NCBI GenBank assembly: GCA_037447605.1
Contig: CM074813.1
Location: 3,224,272 to 3,288,271, forward strand
Origin: Zygnema circumcarinatum SAG 698-1b
Taxonomy: Eukaryota > Plantae > Zygnematophyceae
Length of the DNA stretch: 64,000 nucleotides
Direction: 5' to 3'
Shown: piece after piece, positions 19,565-31,140 of the stretch
Position numbering within the stretch: position 1 is the stretch's first letter
Layout: every line of letters begins with the position of its first letter
Program-made: the position numbers and the translations under genes
Notes under the pieces: generated by a model
Database searches by the model: none
Told to the model about the DNA's origin: nothing
What the model saw: only the letters and a program-made list of their open reading frames with translations

Positions 19565-21322
19565 CTAGAGGGCCGCGGCGGGCTTCCCGAGGCGGCCCGT
19601 GCTGGGCCGCAGGGGGGAGGGGACGCGGGTGAGGCTCTCCTTGGCGCACCCTGCCACCATGCGCTTCCAGGCCGCGGAGTCTTCCCTGTACACAGCTGCC
19701 GCCTCCATGTTGATGGGCCGATCCAAGTTTGCCTCAAAGAAGAGCTGCTGAACCGACACAAGCACTGCCAAGATGCCATGGTAAGGCGTCCACTTTGACA
19801 CAGCCGGCCGTTTAGATACCCACTTATCGTTCTCCACATACCCTTCCATAAACTTATGGTCTTTGCTGGTATTCCTGCTGAACCCCCTTGAAACTCTCCG
19901 AACCGATGGCGACCCTTCACTTATTGATGATTGCTTATTCACAAAAGAAGTTCCCGAAGACTTCGTAATCGATTTCCAAATAGCTTCGGAGGTTAACTTT
20001 TCTTCTGGACGTAAAACTCCTCCCTCCTTTTCTCTTGAGGAGACCGCATTCCCCCCTTCACCTGCTGCTGCTGCTGCTGCAGCTGCCCCACCCTTTGCAT
20101 CCTCCCCGCCCTTTGCATCCTCCCCGGAAGACACTGCGGTCGCAGGGGGCGGCGAGGGGGCTGCGGCAGGCAGGGGCGGCAGCGCGCGGCTGACCTCCGC
20201 CGGGTCCGCCGGCAGCGAGCCCGTGCGGGCCACTCCCCGGGGGGGGCTGCCGGCGACCTCCATGCTGTTCTGGCGGGACTCCATCAGGAGCTGACTGCGC
20301 ATGCTCTTCAGGGACTGCTGGGGCTCAAATGGAACTTCAAAAGTCTGAAGGCGAGAAGTGGGGCCAGTGATGCGAAAAGCTTCGAGGAGGTCTATGCACG
20401 GGTTGCCCTGGAGAGAGATGTTGGGATGGAACATGCGCGAAAGAAACCGCAAATTGAATGGTGGCAGGCGCGGATACTCTTCTGGGATCTCAATCTGCAG
20501 AGTATATCTGCACACATTACAGCCTCCGAATGGGTTCATCACCATTGCAGACGCATAAGCTTTACATGCAGTAGGCTGCTGAGAGCATATACCGACAAAG
20601 CATGACACCAGACGTCAGTACTGACCGAGCCATATGCTCGTCCAGCTCCGCTACCTTGATAAATCAACTGCACTGATCAGACCATGACATTGGTCATTTT
20701 TCAGCATTAGTGACGGTCCTGAAGTCCTGATCTGAAGCTTCAGTTCCTGCTCAGCCTGGCCATACGATCGTGAGGATTGCCATGATTGACAAGGGCATTT
20801 CGACCAGTATGCATTAACTGATTTATCTAGTACCACGCTCAAGAAGGAGATTGAAGCTGCCCCAGCAGAGACAACCTGAATCTGAGCATGTACAGAATGT
20901 ACAGGACGAATGACGCAGCAAACACAGTCAAACAGAACTATGGCCTTTATCAACTTTTATTGGGCTTGGAATCAGGCGCAGATCAATCCAGGGACAAACT
21001 AGGCAACAAAATCACTGCTCGCGAATCACTAAATCAAAATGCATCTGCAGCAAATCATCAGCGCGTTGGCTGGTTAGGCATCCACCAGACGGACTAGCAC
21101 AAAAGCGCACCTTCCAGTATGCCATGGAGTGCCCTCGGGGCCCTCGAAGACCGCCTGCCACAGGAAGAGGTTGTCCTCCCTCACGGGTCCCGCCGCGATC
21201 CCCGGAAGAGGGCGCTGCGCGAGGAGGCGGAGCTCGCTGCTGAGGCGGACCATGGCGGCCGCGACCTGCCCGAGATGCGCTGAGCTCGCGACCGCCATGG
21301 TGTACCGGTCGGGCTGGGGAGG
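19565..21322 (-). CDS. Ubiquitin-conjugating (UBC/E2) domain with a large insertion; possibly the C-terminal part of the upstream OTU gene
   Basis: Exons complement(21111-21298 or 21322, 19565-20507). Motifs: RLSSELRLL, NLFLWQAVFEGPEGTPW, EYPRLPP, FHPNISLQGNPCIDLL (HPN plus catalytic Cys), SKWTPYHGILAVLVSVQQL, PINMEAAAVY. Confidence 0.9.
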
Positions 21323-21736
21323 CTGCTCACAACCGCCAAAATGAGAAATTCAGGTTTAAACTGCCGAGGAAGAGTAGCCACTACAGTCATGTGATCAGGA
21401 GCCCACAAACAAATGCATGATACTCTATTTCGAAACAATGGCCCATACTGGCAAACGGTCTCTGACTGGAACGGGAAGAGAGAGGAAATCACTTCCAACA
21501 AAAAGAGTGTTTTACAAATTGACCACATGCAGACGAGCTGATTAATGCGGTAAAGAGTCATTGACCTCGCATACTGGCCCTCACATCAATGGAAAGTACC
21601 ATCGAGATTTCACCACCATAGGATGCATTGCAAAAGCGACCAAACGAGTCACTCTATGTGAGTTGACCGCAGAAAACTCTCTCCATTGCCAGTCTGTAAC
21701 ACGTCGGAGTGGCGAACAGAGTCCCTCAGGCAAAGG

Positions 21737-24700
21737 TTAGCAAACGTGAGGCACATCTCCGCGGACCAAGTCTGACCAGGCCTTCAACAGGAGCAGCTGC
21801 TGCCACCATACCTTGCTCAGAACTTGCAGCGCCACATCTGCGACGGCCATAACTCGCAGCTTTCCGGTTATCTGCTGCGCCAGACTCACCCATTCGGCTC
21901 CATGCTTTACCGCTCTCTTCTCCTCTACGCCGCCCCTCCCCTCCAGCAGCCCTGACGCGCTCACCCCCCTGCGGTGTGCCCCCCCCCCAAGGTCCGACGC
22001 TACTCCTCCTCCCCTCATACCGTTCACGCCTCCGTAAGGCGCAATGGTCGGTGCCGGCACAATGTGCTGAATGACCATGTCCCCGGCCGACCCGGTGCCC
22101 CCGGTCCCGTCCCTGCCGCTCCAGGAGTCCTCCCAGGTCCCCGCGAACTTCCCGCCCTTGCGCGAGCGCAGGGTGGCGCTCTGCGCGAGGCGCGCCTTGG
22201 CGCGGCCGCGCGCGCGCTCCTCCTCGACGAGCGCGTGCGCCTTCAGGTACGGGTCGTCGCCGGGGCCGACCGTCGCGAGGCGCTCGAGGCCCGAACTGAG
22301 GCCCAGCCGCCGCCGCACGCGCTCGCCCACGTTGCTCTCCGCGTCGAGCCCCGCCAGGTCCACGCGCACCGCTATGGCGCTCTCGCGGAGCCGCGCGCTC
22401 TGAGGGAGAGGGAGAGGGAGGGGAGCGGGGGGGGGTCAGATGGCAACCCACCCACTCTCACCCACACGGAAGCAAAGCATTCCCAGTGAACTCTTCCTCC
22501 CTCCTATTGCCTGTCTCACCACACATGGCTGGGAGATGGAAATGTGGAGAAATGGGCAAACCCAGCCATACTGCTTCGGCCGATTTCGCTAACTTGATGG
22601 GGCTCAAGGGGACGACAACAAGTTTGAAGATGATCTAGTGATGATCTAGTTGATCTAGTGCGAACTTCTTGCCCAGCCTCTTGAAGCATCCAAGATCCCA
22701 ATTCCCTCGCAAGATTCATCCCAACCAGCAACCCATCTCCAGTCCAAACAAAGGGTCGCCTTTGGTGCCCTTGGTGTGATTTCCCTTGCTTCTGCTTGGT
22801 GGATTGCCCTTTGTTCGACGACACTATTCTTCATTTTCCAACAGGACTCGACATAAAAGGAGAAGAAAAGACCCCTTCCCACCTTCCGACTGCTCTTGAG
22901 AGCCCTTTCACTTGCAGAAGTGACTTTGCGGCCGCGAAGATCCTCCCTGTTGAGCCCCCCCCCGTCCTTGCAGTCCTTGGCGAAGGAGAGGGAGCGGACC
23001 AGCGGCTCCACCCTCGCAGGGGTCCCCTCGTCCTCCGAGTCCGACCCCGCCCACCCGCCGGTGCCCGCCGCCGCCGGCTGCCGCCTCCCCGCCCCCCTCG
23101 CCGGGGCCGCCAAGGCCTCCTCCTTGAGGTCGGCCTGGGGGAGGGAGAGGGGGAGGGGGAGGGAGGGGGGGGGGGCGGGGCCATTGCCGGGCTTGCCGCC
23201 GTGCAGGGGAGAGAGCCCGTCAAACAGGGACCGCTGCGCTGGCACTTCCGGACTGGTCCACGTTGAAGGAGGAGCATCCGCGAGGTTCGGGAGGTCGATA
23301 ACTGGAGGCAGCGCTGGAGGTACGTTGGGGTCTATGGAACGAGCCAGCAGGTGGCCTTGAAGTCGAACAACATGTGTTCGCACCTGTTTGAAGCGATAAC
23401 GGAAGTAAGAAAGAGAAGCACTCTCTTAGCGCTTAGCCCTTTGAGGAGATCAGCGGACATCAGCAAACTCCAGAAGTGAAAATTTCGGAGTTTCAATTTA
23501 CCCAGAACATCTCATCAAGCATGCAAACGGAAAGCCTTCTATAGTCTGACTGGATTTGGAAATGAAAGTAGCTGTGGAATTTCTGCCAAGGACACCCAGG
23601 CGCCCTTGCACATGCGCAACCCATTACTCCTCAGAAGGGACCAACTAACTCCCTGGTTCAGCTGGAAAAACGAGGATAGACTCTAAATGTGCTCTCTGCC
23701 TGCCTGAACATTCCTGTCAATAGAGTAACCGCTTGGGAACAGAGGCAGGCAGGCAGGCTACCTGCTCTACCAGGTCCAGCACGAAGCTGGGCTGCTCCGG
23801 ACGGGTCTGCTGCATGCGCTTCTGCAGGCGTTGCCGCACTTCGGCGGTGACGACAAAAGGGTTGCTCCCCTGCAAACGATGGCTCCATTCATTGTGAGCT
23901 GTTGAAGCGCGCAGCAGCATCAGCAGGTGATGAGGTTGGAGAAGGGAAAGTAAACAATGTTGCATGCACTAATCGCCAAGCCCATCATCTTGCCAAAGAC
24001 GAACCCAAAAATCCAAGAACCCGTTTTCCTACCGCCAAGCACCCGCCTTTTCAGCAGTCAAGGCATGAAGTTACGATTTAAGTGGACAGCAGACAGAGGA
24101 ACAATGACGCCACCCACCGCCTACTAGTACAACACCCGGCTGTAGAAGGGAGCACACAAACAGTAGAAGGAAAACGCACTCTCTACCAACAGTTAACAAC
24201 AGCTGAAGACGACATTTACCTCCAGCATCTTCATCGAACCTCTATGGCAGAAACCTCCCATTTCCAGTCTCATTCCAAGCCTTTCTGACTCAATTGAATC
24301 AGTGAGGATGAGGCAGAGAGAGAGAGGGAGGGAGAGAGATAGGGGGGAGAGAGAAATAGCGAGAGATCAAAAGTTTTTAGAATTGATGAGCGAGGAAGAC
24401 CATATACTCTTGCAACGAGTGCCTTACGTCACTTCTTATGCATCCGTTCACATCTGCCCCCAAAACCCAGAAACTGCACGGCAAGCATATTGCAGAGGCA
24501 GCTTACCTGCTCCTTTGATTCCACCAAGGGCGCGTCTTGGGGAGTCCATCGAATTGGCTTCTGGGACACCGTCCAGACGAGCGGCACAAAATGGTTGTGC
24601 GCGTCACTGCACGAGCGAGAAGCACGCAGAGCGTCAGCTGCCGCCCTGAGCCCTGAGCCCTGAGCCCTGAGCCCTGAGCCCTGAGCCCTGAGCCCTGCGC

Positions 24701-27700
24701 CCTGAGCCCTGAGCCCTGCGCCCTGAGCCCTGAGCCCTGAGCCCTGAGCCCTGAGCCCTGAGCCCTGAGCCCTGAGCCCTGAGCCCTGAGCCCCTGAGCC
24801 CTGAGCCCTGACCCCGGAGCCCTGCGCCCTGAGCCCGGAGCCCTGCGCCCGGTGCCCTAAGCCCTGCGCCCTGAGCCCTGAGCCCTGAGCCCTGAGCCCT
24901 GAGCCCTGAGCCCTGAGCCCTGAGCCCTGCGCCCTGAGCCCTGAGCCCTGCGCCCTGAGCCCTGAGCCCTGAGCCCTGAGCCCTGAGCCCTGAGCCCTGA
25001 GCCCTGAGCCCTGCGCCCTGCGCCCTGAGCCCTGCGCCCTGAGCCCTGAGCCCTGCGCCCTGCGCCCTCGGGTGCGCGTTCTCACCTCGCCCAGCCGAGC
25101 GCGACCGGCCAGGGGTGCCACGTGTCCGGGTCGTGGCGCAGCGGCCCGAAGAGGCCCGCGACGCCCTCGTAGCCTCCGCCCCACGCGCGCACCGCCTCCT
25201 GCACGCACGCACGCGCCGCCTTGAACACGCTTTATGGTCTCATTCATACAGGAATGCACGGTAGCAAAAACACTATGCAATCCATGTCCTCACTTTGCAA
25301 GTCTCTTCTAATTCTGTCAACATTTCCAGCCTCTCTAGGATTAAAACCCTTTTCAAAATTCACAGCCAGGCTAAATAGGACTAGGAGTTATTGATTGGAG
25401 ACAACAACCCTGACGTCAGAACACATCAGACCAAATAGCCAAAAGTAATAAAGGTCAATGCCTTTCGATGACACAGCGAATCCATGCATTTCCCTGGAAA
25501 CCTACAGTTTTATTTGTACAGAAATCCTCCTTAACTCGTGTCAATTGATCATGCACACTCCGGAGTAACATTGTTGATGCCTGAATGGCATCAGACTATT
25601 GATGAAGATGCAATCGAGACTATCCATGAAGCTGATCGATGGGAGTAAGTACACACTCGGCAACCCTAAAAATCAATTCAATGCCTGACACACTGTGCTC
25701 CTCGAAAAATTGGCGGCCTGAATTACTTGGTTGCCCAAAAAAATCTCTGTAACATCTCAGAAGTAGGCCCTTTCTCCAAAGATTGTAAAAACATCCGCCA
25801 TGCCTTAGCCTACTGATGTCCCACTAAATGCCCCTCTAGTGTTTGCTAGTTCTTACTTGCCAATTTTCACAACTAAAGTGGCAATACCTGAGGTGTTTCA
25901 GGGGACTTAGCTTCACCATCGCCATCTCCGTAGGCCCGAAAACAGAATTGACTGACTAGAGAAGTCTTATTGAAAACCAACGTTTGTCTAGAGGAAAATT
26001 CTTCAGAAGGTAGGAGCCGGATCGTGAAGGGAAGAACAAGAAACAGAGGAGAGGGAAATAGCCATGAGCTTTCATGTCAAAGTTAAACTAGACTCACCTC
26101 TGATGCAAACAGGATAATTGGGCGGTGTATGACATGAGCGAGCGCCACAATGTGGAGAATGGACAGAAAGTGATTCGGCGTGGCGGCCTGATACAAAGCA
26201 TCCTCCACCTCATCGAAGGATAGCCGCTTCTCGTACCTGCCACACCAGCATAGCACGTTAGGAGATGGCATTGAACTAAGCACTAGAAGCTCGAGTGCGC
26301 GGCGCTGCCACGGCTCCTTCCGCGCCCGAAGGGAGGGAGCAAAACTGCTAACAGACGAGCCCCTGAACCGGCCTTGAAGCAATAGGGCGGCGTGCGAGAC
26401 CTACCAGGAGCGATTTCTACTAAGCTCGTCCCACACTCTATAGCGGAGGGCATCTGAAAATAGCTCCACTCCCCAAATGCCTCTCGACACAGCATGCAGA
26501 AGGCAGTTGCCATCTCCTGTTGTAGCCAAAGGGCACACAAGCACACCCTGCCAAAAAGTTGCATGCACACGAAGAGAGGGAGAGGGAGAGGGAGAGGGAG
26601 AGGGAGAGGGAGAGGGAGAGGGAGAGGGAGAGGGAGAGGGAGAGAGAGGGAGAGGGAGAGAGGGAGAGGGAGAGGGAGAGGGAGAGGGAGAGGGAGAGGG
26701 AGAGGGAGAGGGAGAGGGAGAGGGAGAGGGAGTGGGGGAGGGAGAGGGAGAGGGGAGAGGGAGAGGGAGAGGGAGAGGGAGGAGAGGGAGAGGGAGGGAG
26801 AGGGAGGAGGGAGAGGGAGAAGGAGAGGGAGAAGGAGAGGGAGAGGGAGAGGGAGAAGGAGAGGGAGAGGGAGGAGGCGAGACAGGGAGAGAATAGGCCG
26901 GGACGGGAGAACGAGTGACAGGAGAGGAGGGATCACGAGAGAGAGAGGGCAGCAGAGCGAGAGAATAGTGCGGGACAGGAGAGCGAGGGTGGAAGAGGGT
27001 AGAGTCAAAACGTGTATAGAATCACATATGAACAAGACATCATAGAAAATTAAAAGAATACCCGCTCTTTGACTGAAAAAAACACGGTGTACACTTGGAG
27101 GCGGATGCAAACTATGCCATGGAAGTGAGAGTATGGTCCCTGGGAGTCTCATGGACAGCAAGGAGCATCATGGCATGTTCTTTAAAGAGGCATGTGGTGG
27201 CTCTCACCTGCTCCTTTTGCACATGCTCAATAGTAGAGTGAAGGTACTCTGTGGCGCCCTCATCAATATCATCAGCATATGGCAAGACAAATGTGTAGTG
27301 GGTTGCAGGCTGCACAAGGAAACAAGAAATATCGAAATGAGTAGTCCACATCGAAAACAAACATTTCAAACTCAGAATCATTAGCCATAACCCAGGCATG
27401 ACATGAAGGTTTACCATGGAGGATCTATTCCGTGATCCGACTTATGCAGCTCTTTCAATCACCCCATAGATCATGAACGATGGATGCAGAGAAATAAAAA
27501 TTGCAGGCGTAAATGGCTATGCTACAAAAAAGAAACTCCAACCGACTTCAGGAAACGCTCTATGTAGGCCCTTGTTCTCCAAACCCATCCACCCCCCCCC
27601 CCCCCTTTCTCCCTCCACCAAATTTAACGCTGGAAGTCATAAGCAAAACCGCCATCTAAAGTTTTCGTCAATCTTATAACCCAAGTCACAAATAATGCAT

Positions 27701-30131
27701 GCACCTCTGATGCATTCGTGAATTGATAATCCACTCCGCAAGTCAATGCACGACTATCCCCGAGTCCATGCCTACGATATAAATGAGAGGTGGTGCTCTG
27801 TGTAAGTCCTGAAACATTCCATTGGGCTTACGACCCAGCTTGGCAGCCTTACGCTACAATCTCAAACCGTACTCAAGGCATGCATGCTTACGAAGTACAT
27901 GTTATTGGAAACATGTGCTCACAAGCAGGAATGAACAGAGCCTGCTCGACAACCTACACACATGGGTCTGCTTACATACCAGCTCGGGAAAGACCTGCCG
28001 GATAACAGGAGCCAGCAGAAGCAAATCTTGCCGAAGTAGTGTGTCTCGGTCACCCTCCGGCATATCCTGCCAGACACGGTCCATGCGATAACAAGTCTAA
28101 TGAGAAACTGTACTTTTCCTACCAGCTCCATAGCCCATATTCTGAACGATTGGAGGTTTTCGAACGAGAGTAAGCGCGAATGTCAACAAGATTAAGTTCC
28201 AATGAAGAGTCCACGACATCTCCCAATCCACCAACATGCACTCCAGATCCCCAGATGACCAGGTTTCGAATTCAGAGTATGTGAGTGCGAATCAGCCTAG
28301 CCATCTAGTAACTCAAAAATAAAACAACATCTCTAAAGTGCAAAATGATCCAGAGTGCAAGGGTACAATACGGAGAAACAGGAGTGAAGGAAAAATTGGA
28401 GCGAATTCATGCGTGGTTCAGAGAGTGCCTACACTCAGATTTGATGATCTCACCCTTGAAATATGGTAATTCCTTGCCTTACAGGGCATCAGAGCCAACC
28501 CTGGTCATTTCGGGACATTTCCAAAGCAATGCTGGATGAAGAAAAAATAATTATAAAACAGTGTTGTTCCCTTCAACAAACGGGCTAAACGAACAAAATA
28601 CTTGAAGCAGGCCACGTTTGGCTGAAGATAAAAACTCAAGCACACAGGGATTTTTCTGATTGTGTTACTGATCTCATGTCTGGCTTTGACATTCCTGTCG
28701 AGAGTACGGGCGGTTGTGCAACTCCAACTGGACTTGCCACAGCGGCATCCATGCTGCTGCACCTAAAGCTCCTTACAATTTATATCTCAATAGCTTGCTG
28801 GAAAAGTATTTACCAGATAGCATAAATAAAATAACAACGTTTTCACATGCAACTTGCCCTTTGCATTTCACCTTGCCCTCTCAAATAATTTGACAAGATT
28901 CAACAAGTTCAGCATATCGCCAAGGTGCCGATGCCAGCTGATGTGGTGACAGACGATAGCGCACCACAACAAAGCCGCCTATTGTTGCCACAGCCACAAG
29001 AAGAAACCTTCAAAATGTTTAATTTGCCCTAATCATTACAATAGCGTGACAAACACTTGCTTCAGTATCTCGCTCTGCCATCACTTTCAACATGTAAGCT
29101 TCCACACAATGTCGACACTGTATTCACCTAAGCAGAGGACAGGTCATGGGCACGCTTTGAGCAGTAGCTTGCAGGGTTTCCCACAGAAACAAAAATTACC
29201 GGAATGAAAAAGCTTCGACAACACACAGGTACACTTGACCTGTGGCTCTTCTATGAATCTTCTTTACCTGACGGGCTCGTTTTACTAATGATACATGCGC
29301 ATTTAAGCTGAATATACAGACTGTGAGATTTTCACACTTTCGCAGATGAGATTCTTATGAAGCACACAATAGCCCCGCGTGCCAGCTTCTGTTGATGATT
29401 GCAAGAAACTACATTCGTGAAGATGTCAAAGCAAGGGAAGAACCAGACCACAAACGGCCACCTCACAAATTTTGGGATCATCTGCGCTTCACATATGGGC
29501 TCTCGAATCGACAGGCTATGAAAATTTGGAGGGGTGCAGAGGTGGGTTGAGGACAGTTGCAAGATAAAGCGCCAAGGAAACGATATATCGGGAAGAATGA
29601 CAACTCGAGCGGCAAGTTCTTGGAAAGCCTACGTGAAAAACACTTCTCCTGCCGTTAAACGTAACAAATAGAAAAAAGCCAAACCTTCAAAAAGGTTTTG
29701 ACTTAACCATCTCGTCCAGGAGTGGATTCAGATGCAGGAACGGAATGGAATCAAGAATCTTGATTCAGCAAAACGGAGTCAGCCCTGAGTTCTGACGCTC
29801 GTGTAGCTGGCTGGACCGCATTCGAAGGGGAAATGCTCACCCTGAGCTTGTCCTGCAGGTCCATAATGGCTTGGTGTGGGTTGGCGCCGTCCTTTTCCTG
29901 CTCTTTGTGTCCGTTCTCCGCCACATCCGCGGCCGCGCCCTCCGCATGGCTGCTTTTCCATCTCCAGTCGTCCGCTGGAGACTTTCTGCGTCGCTGGGGC
30001 TTGTCGCTCTCGTAACGGTAGAGCTCCGTGCCCAGGGAGGACACCTCTTGCTCGTACCGCTCGTATCGGCCCAGCGAGCGCCGCGCGGTGCCGCGCGTGC
30101 CACAGCACGTACAGGCGAAGAGGCTCGGCAT
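21737..30131 (-). CDS. OTU-family deubiquitinase of the A20/Cezanne/VCPIP1 type
   Basis: Well-supported exons complement(29841-30131, 27995-28096, 27208-27309, 26405-26547, 26098-26236, 25086-25198, 24507-24606, 23762-23898, 22883-23383, 22399 to 21812 or to the stop at 21737). Exons between 29841 and 28096 and between 27995 and 27309 are unresolved, and a short phase-shifting exon is needed between 24507 and 23898 (candidate ~24224-24245). The spliced OTU core reads [30 protein letters not shown]...[23 protein letters not shown]...GLFGPL...[19 protein letters not shown] (Cys box, HxxxLAxxxxRPII motif, His box). Confidence 0.85.
24644..25068. repeat. Intronic heptamer array (CCCTGAG)n with CCCTGCG variants
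   Basis: About 60 units filling the intron between OTU exons 25086-25198 and 24507-24606. Confidence 0.95.
26574..26878. repeat. Intronic (GAGAGG)n polypurine/polypyrimidine microsatellite
   Basis: About 300 bp containing almost only G and A on the + strand, in the intron preceding the catalytic-Cys exon. Confidence 0.95.
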
Positions 30132-30526
30132 GCTGCCGCGCGCCGCAGAGCAGAGCAGAGCAGAGCGCTCCGCCCGACTCCAACTCGCGCGCTCTCTTGC
30201 CCGCCCGCCCGCCCACCCGCGCTCAGCGCGCGCGCCCCCTCCGCCTCCCCCGCCGCGGCGCTGTCATGGCCTGCCTCCCCTTCCCCTCCCCTCCGCTCCC
30301 CTCGCCTCCCCTCCCCTCACCTCCCCTCACCTCCCCCGGCAAGGCCATGCCAGACGCGTCGCGGCCAGGCTGCCCGCCAAGGGCCGCCAGCTGCGCGCCC
30401 GCCCGGCCGCCCGCCCGGCCGCCCGCGGGACCGCCCGCCCCCCCTCCGCCGTACTCTCCGGTCACAGTACGGTACGGCCCGCCGTACGGTCCTCGCTTTT
30501 AAACAGTACTGTACTGCACAGGTCGG

Positions 30527-30620
30527 ACCATTGGATCGGCAACCATTGGACAACCATTGGATAGCAATGGTTGGACGTCTAGTGGTTGGCAACCAGTCGA
30601 ATGGTTGACCTAATGGTCCG
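30527..30620. promoter_or_regulatory. CCATTGG/AATGGTT (CCAAT-like) motif cluster upstream of the OTU gene
   Basis: Three CCATTGG plus several (A/C)AATGGT in about 95 bp, with the same motif vocabulary as 3031-3160. Confidence 0.4.
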
Positions 30621-30944
30621 ACCACCTGGTACTGTACTTGTACTGCAAACAGCCCGCCCGCCCGACCGGCCCGCCCGCCCGCCCGACCGGCCCGCCCGCC
30701 CGCCCGACCGGCCCGCCCGCCCGCCCGCGCGTCACCGATTTGCGCCAGACGGAGCGCAAAAATGGTATGGCATGACATGGCATGGCATAGTATGGCATGA
30801 CATGGCATGGCATGACATGACGTGACGCTAGCCGCGAGGGCACGCTCCGACCAATCCTGGCCCGCCCGCCCGCCCGCCGACCACCCGCCCAGCGCGAAAG
30901 TGCGCGCCCGGGCGGCCGTTCTGTTGGGCGAACGCGCAGATGGG

Positions 30945-31140
30945 ATACGATATCGGGATGGATAGTACGATATCGGGATAGATAGTACGATATTGGAATA
31001 CTACGATATCGGACTATTATAATATCGGGATATATAATATACTATCGGGATAGTATGATATCGGGATATTACGATATCGAGATAGTACAATATTCAGATA
31101 TGTAGTACGATATCGGGATTGTACGATGTCGGGAATATTT
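30945..31140. repeat. Degenerate tandem repeat (TAGTACGATATCGGGA-like)
   Basis: About 10 imperfect 15-20-nt units built around GATATC/ATATCGGGA. Confidence 0.8.

Noticed and set aside
22516-22824. 102-aa ORF as an extra OTU-gene exon
   Set aside because: Its candidate splice sites (phase 1 in, phase 2 out) do not fit the phase-0 junction 22883 to 22399.
24429-25280. ORFs with (GSGLRAQ)n repeats
   Set aside because: They are translations of the intronic heptamer array; the flanking exons splice to give a continuous OTU motif.
26283-27161. ORFs with (LP)n, (GE)n, (RG)n or (RE)n tracts
   Set aside because: They are translations of the intronic GAGAGG microsatellite.
30945-31140. CRISPR-like array
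   Set aside because: The units are degenerate and abut each other without unique spacers; the context is eukaryotic with no cas genes.
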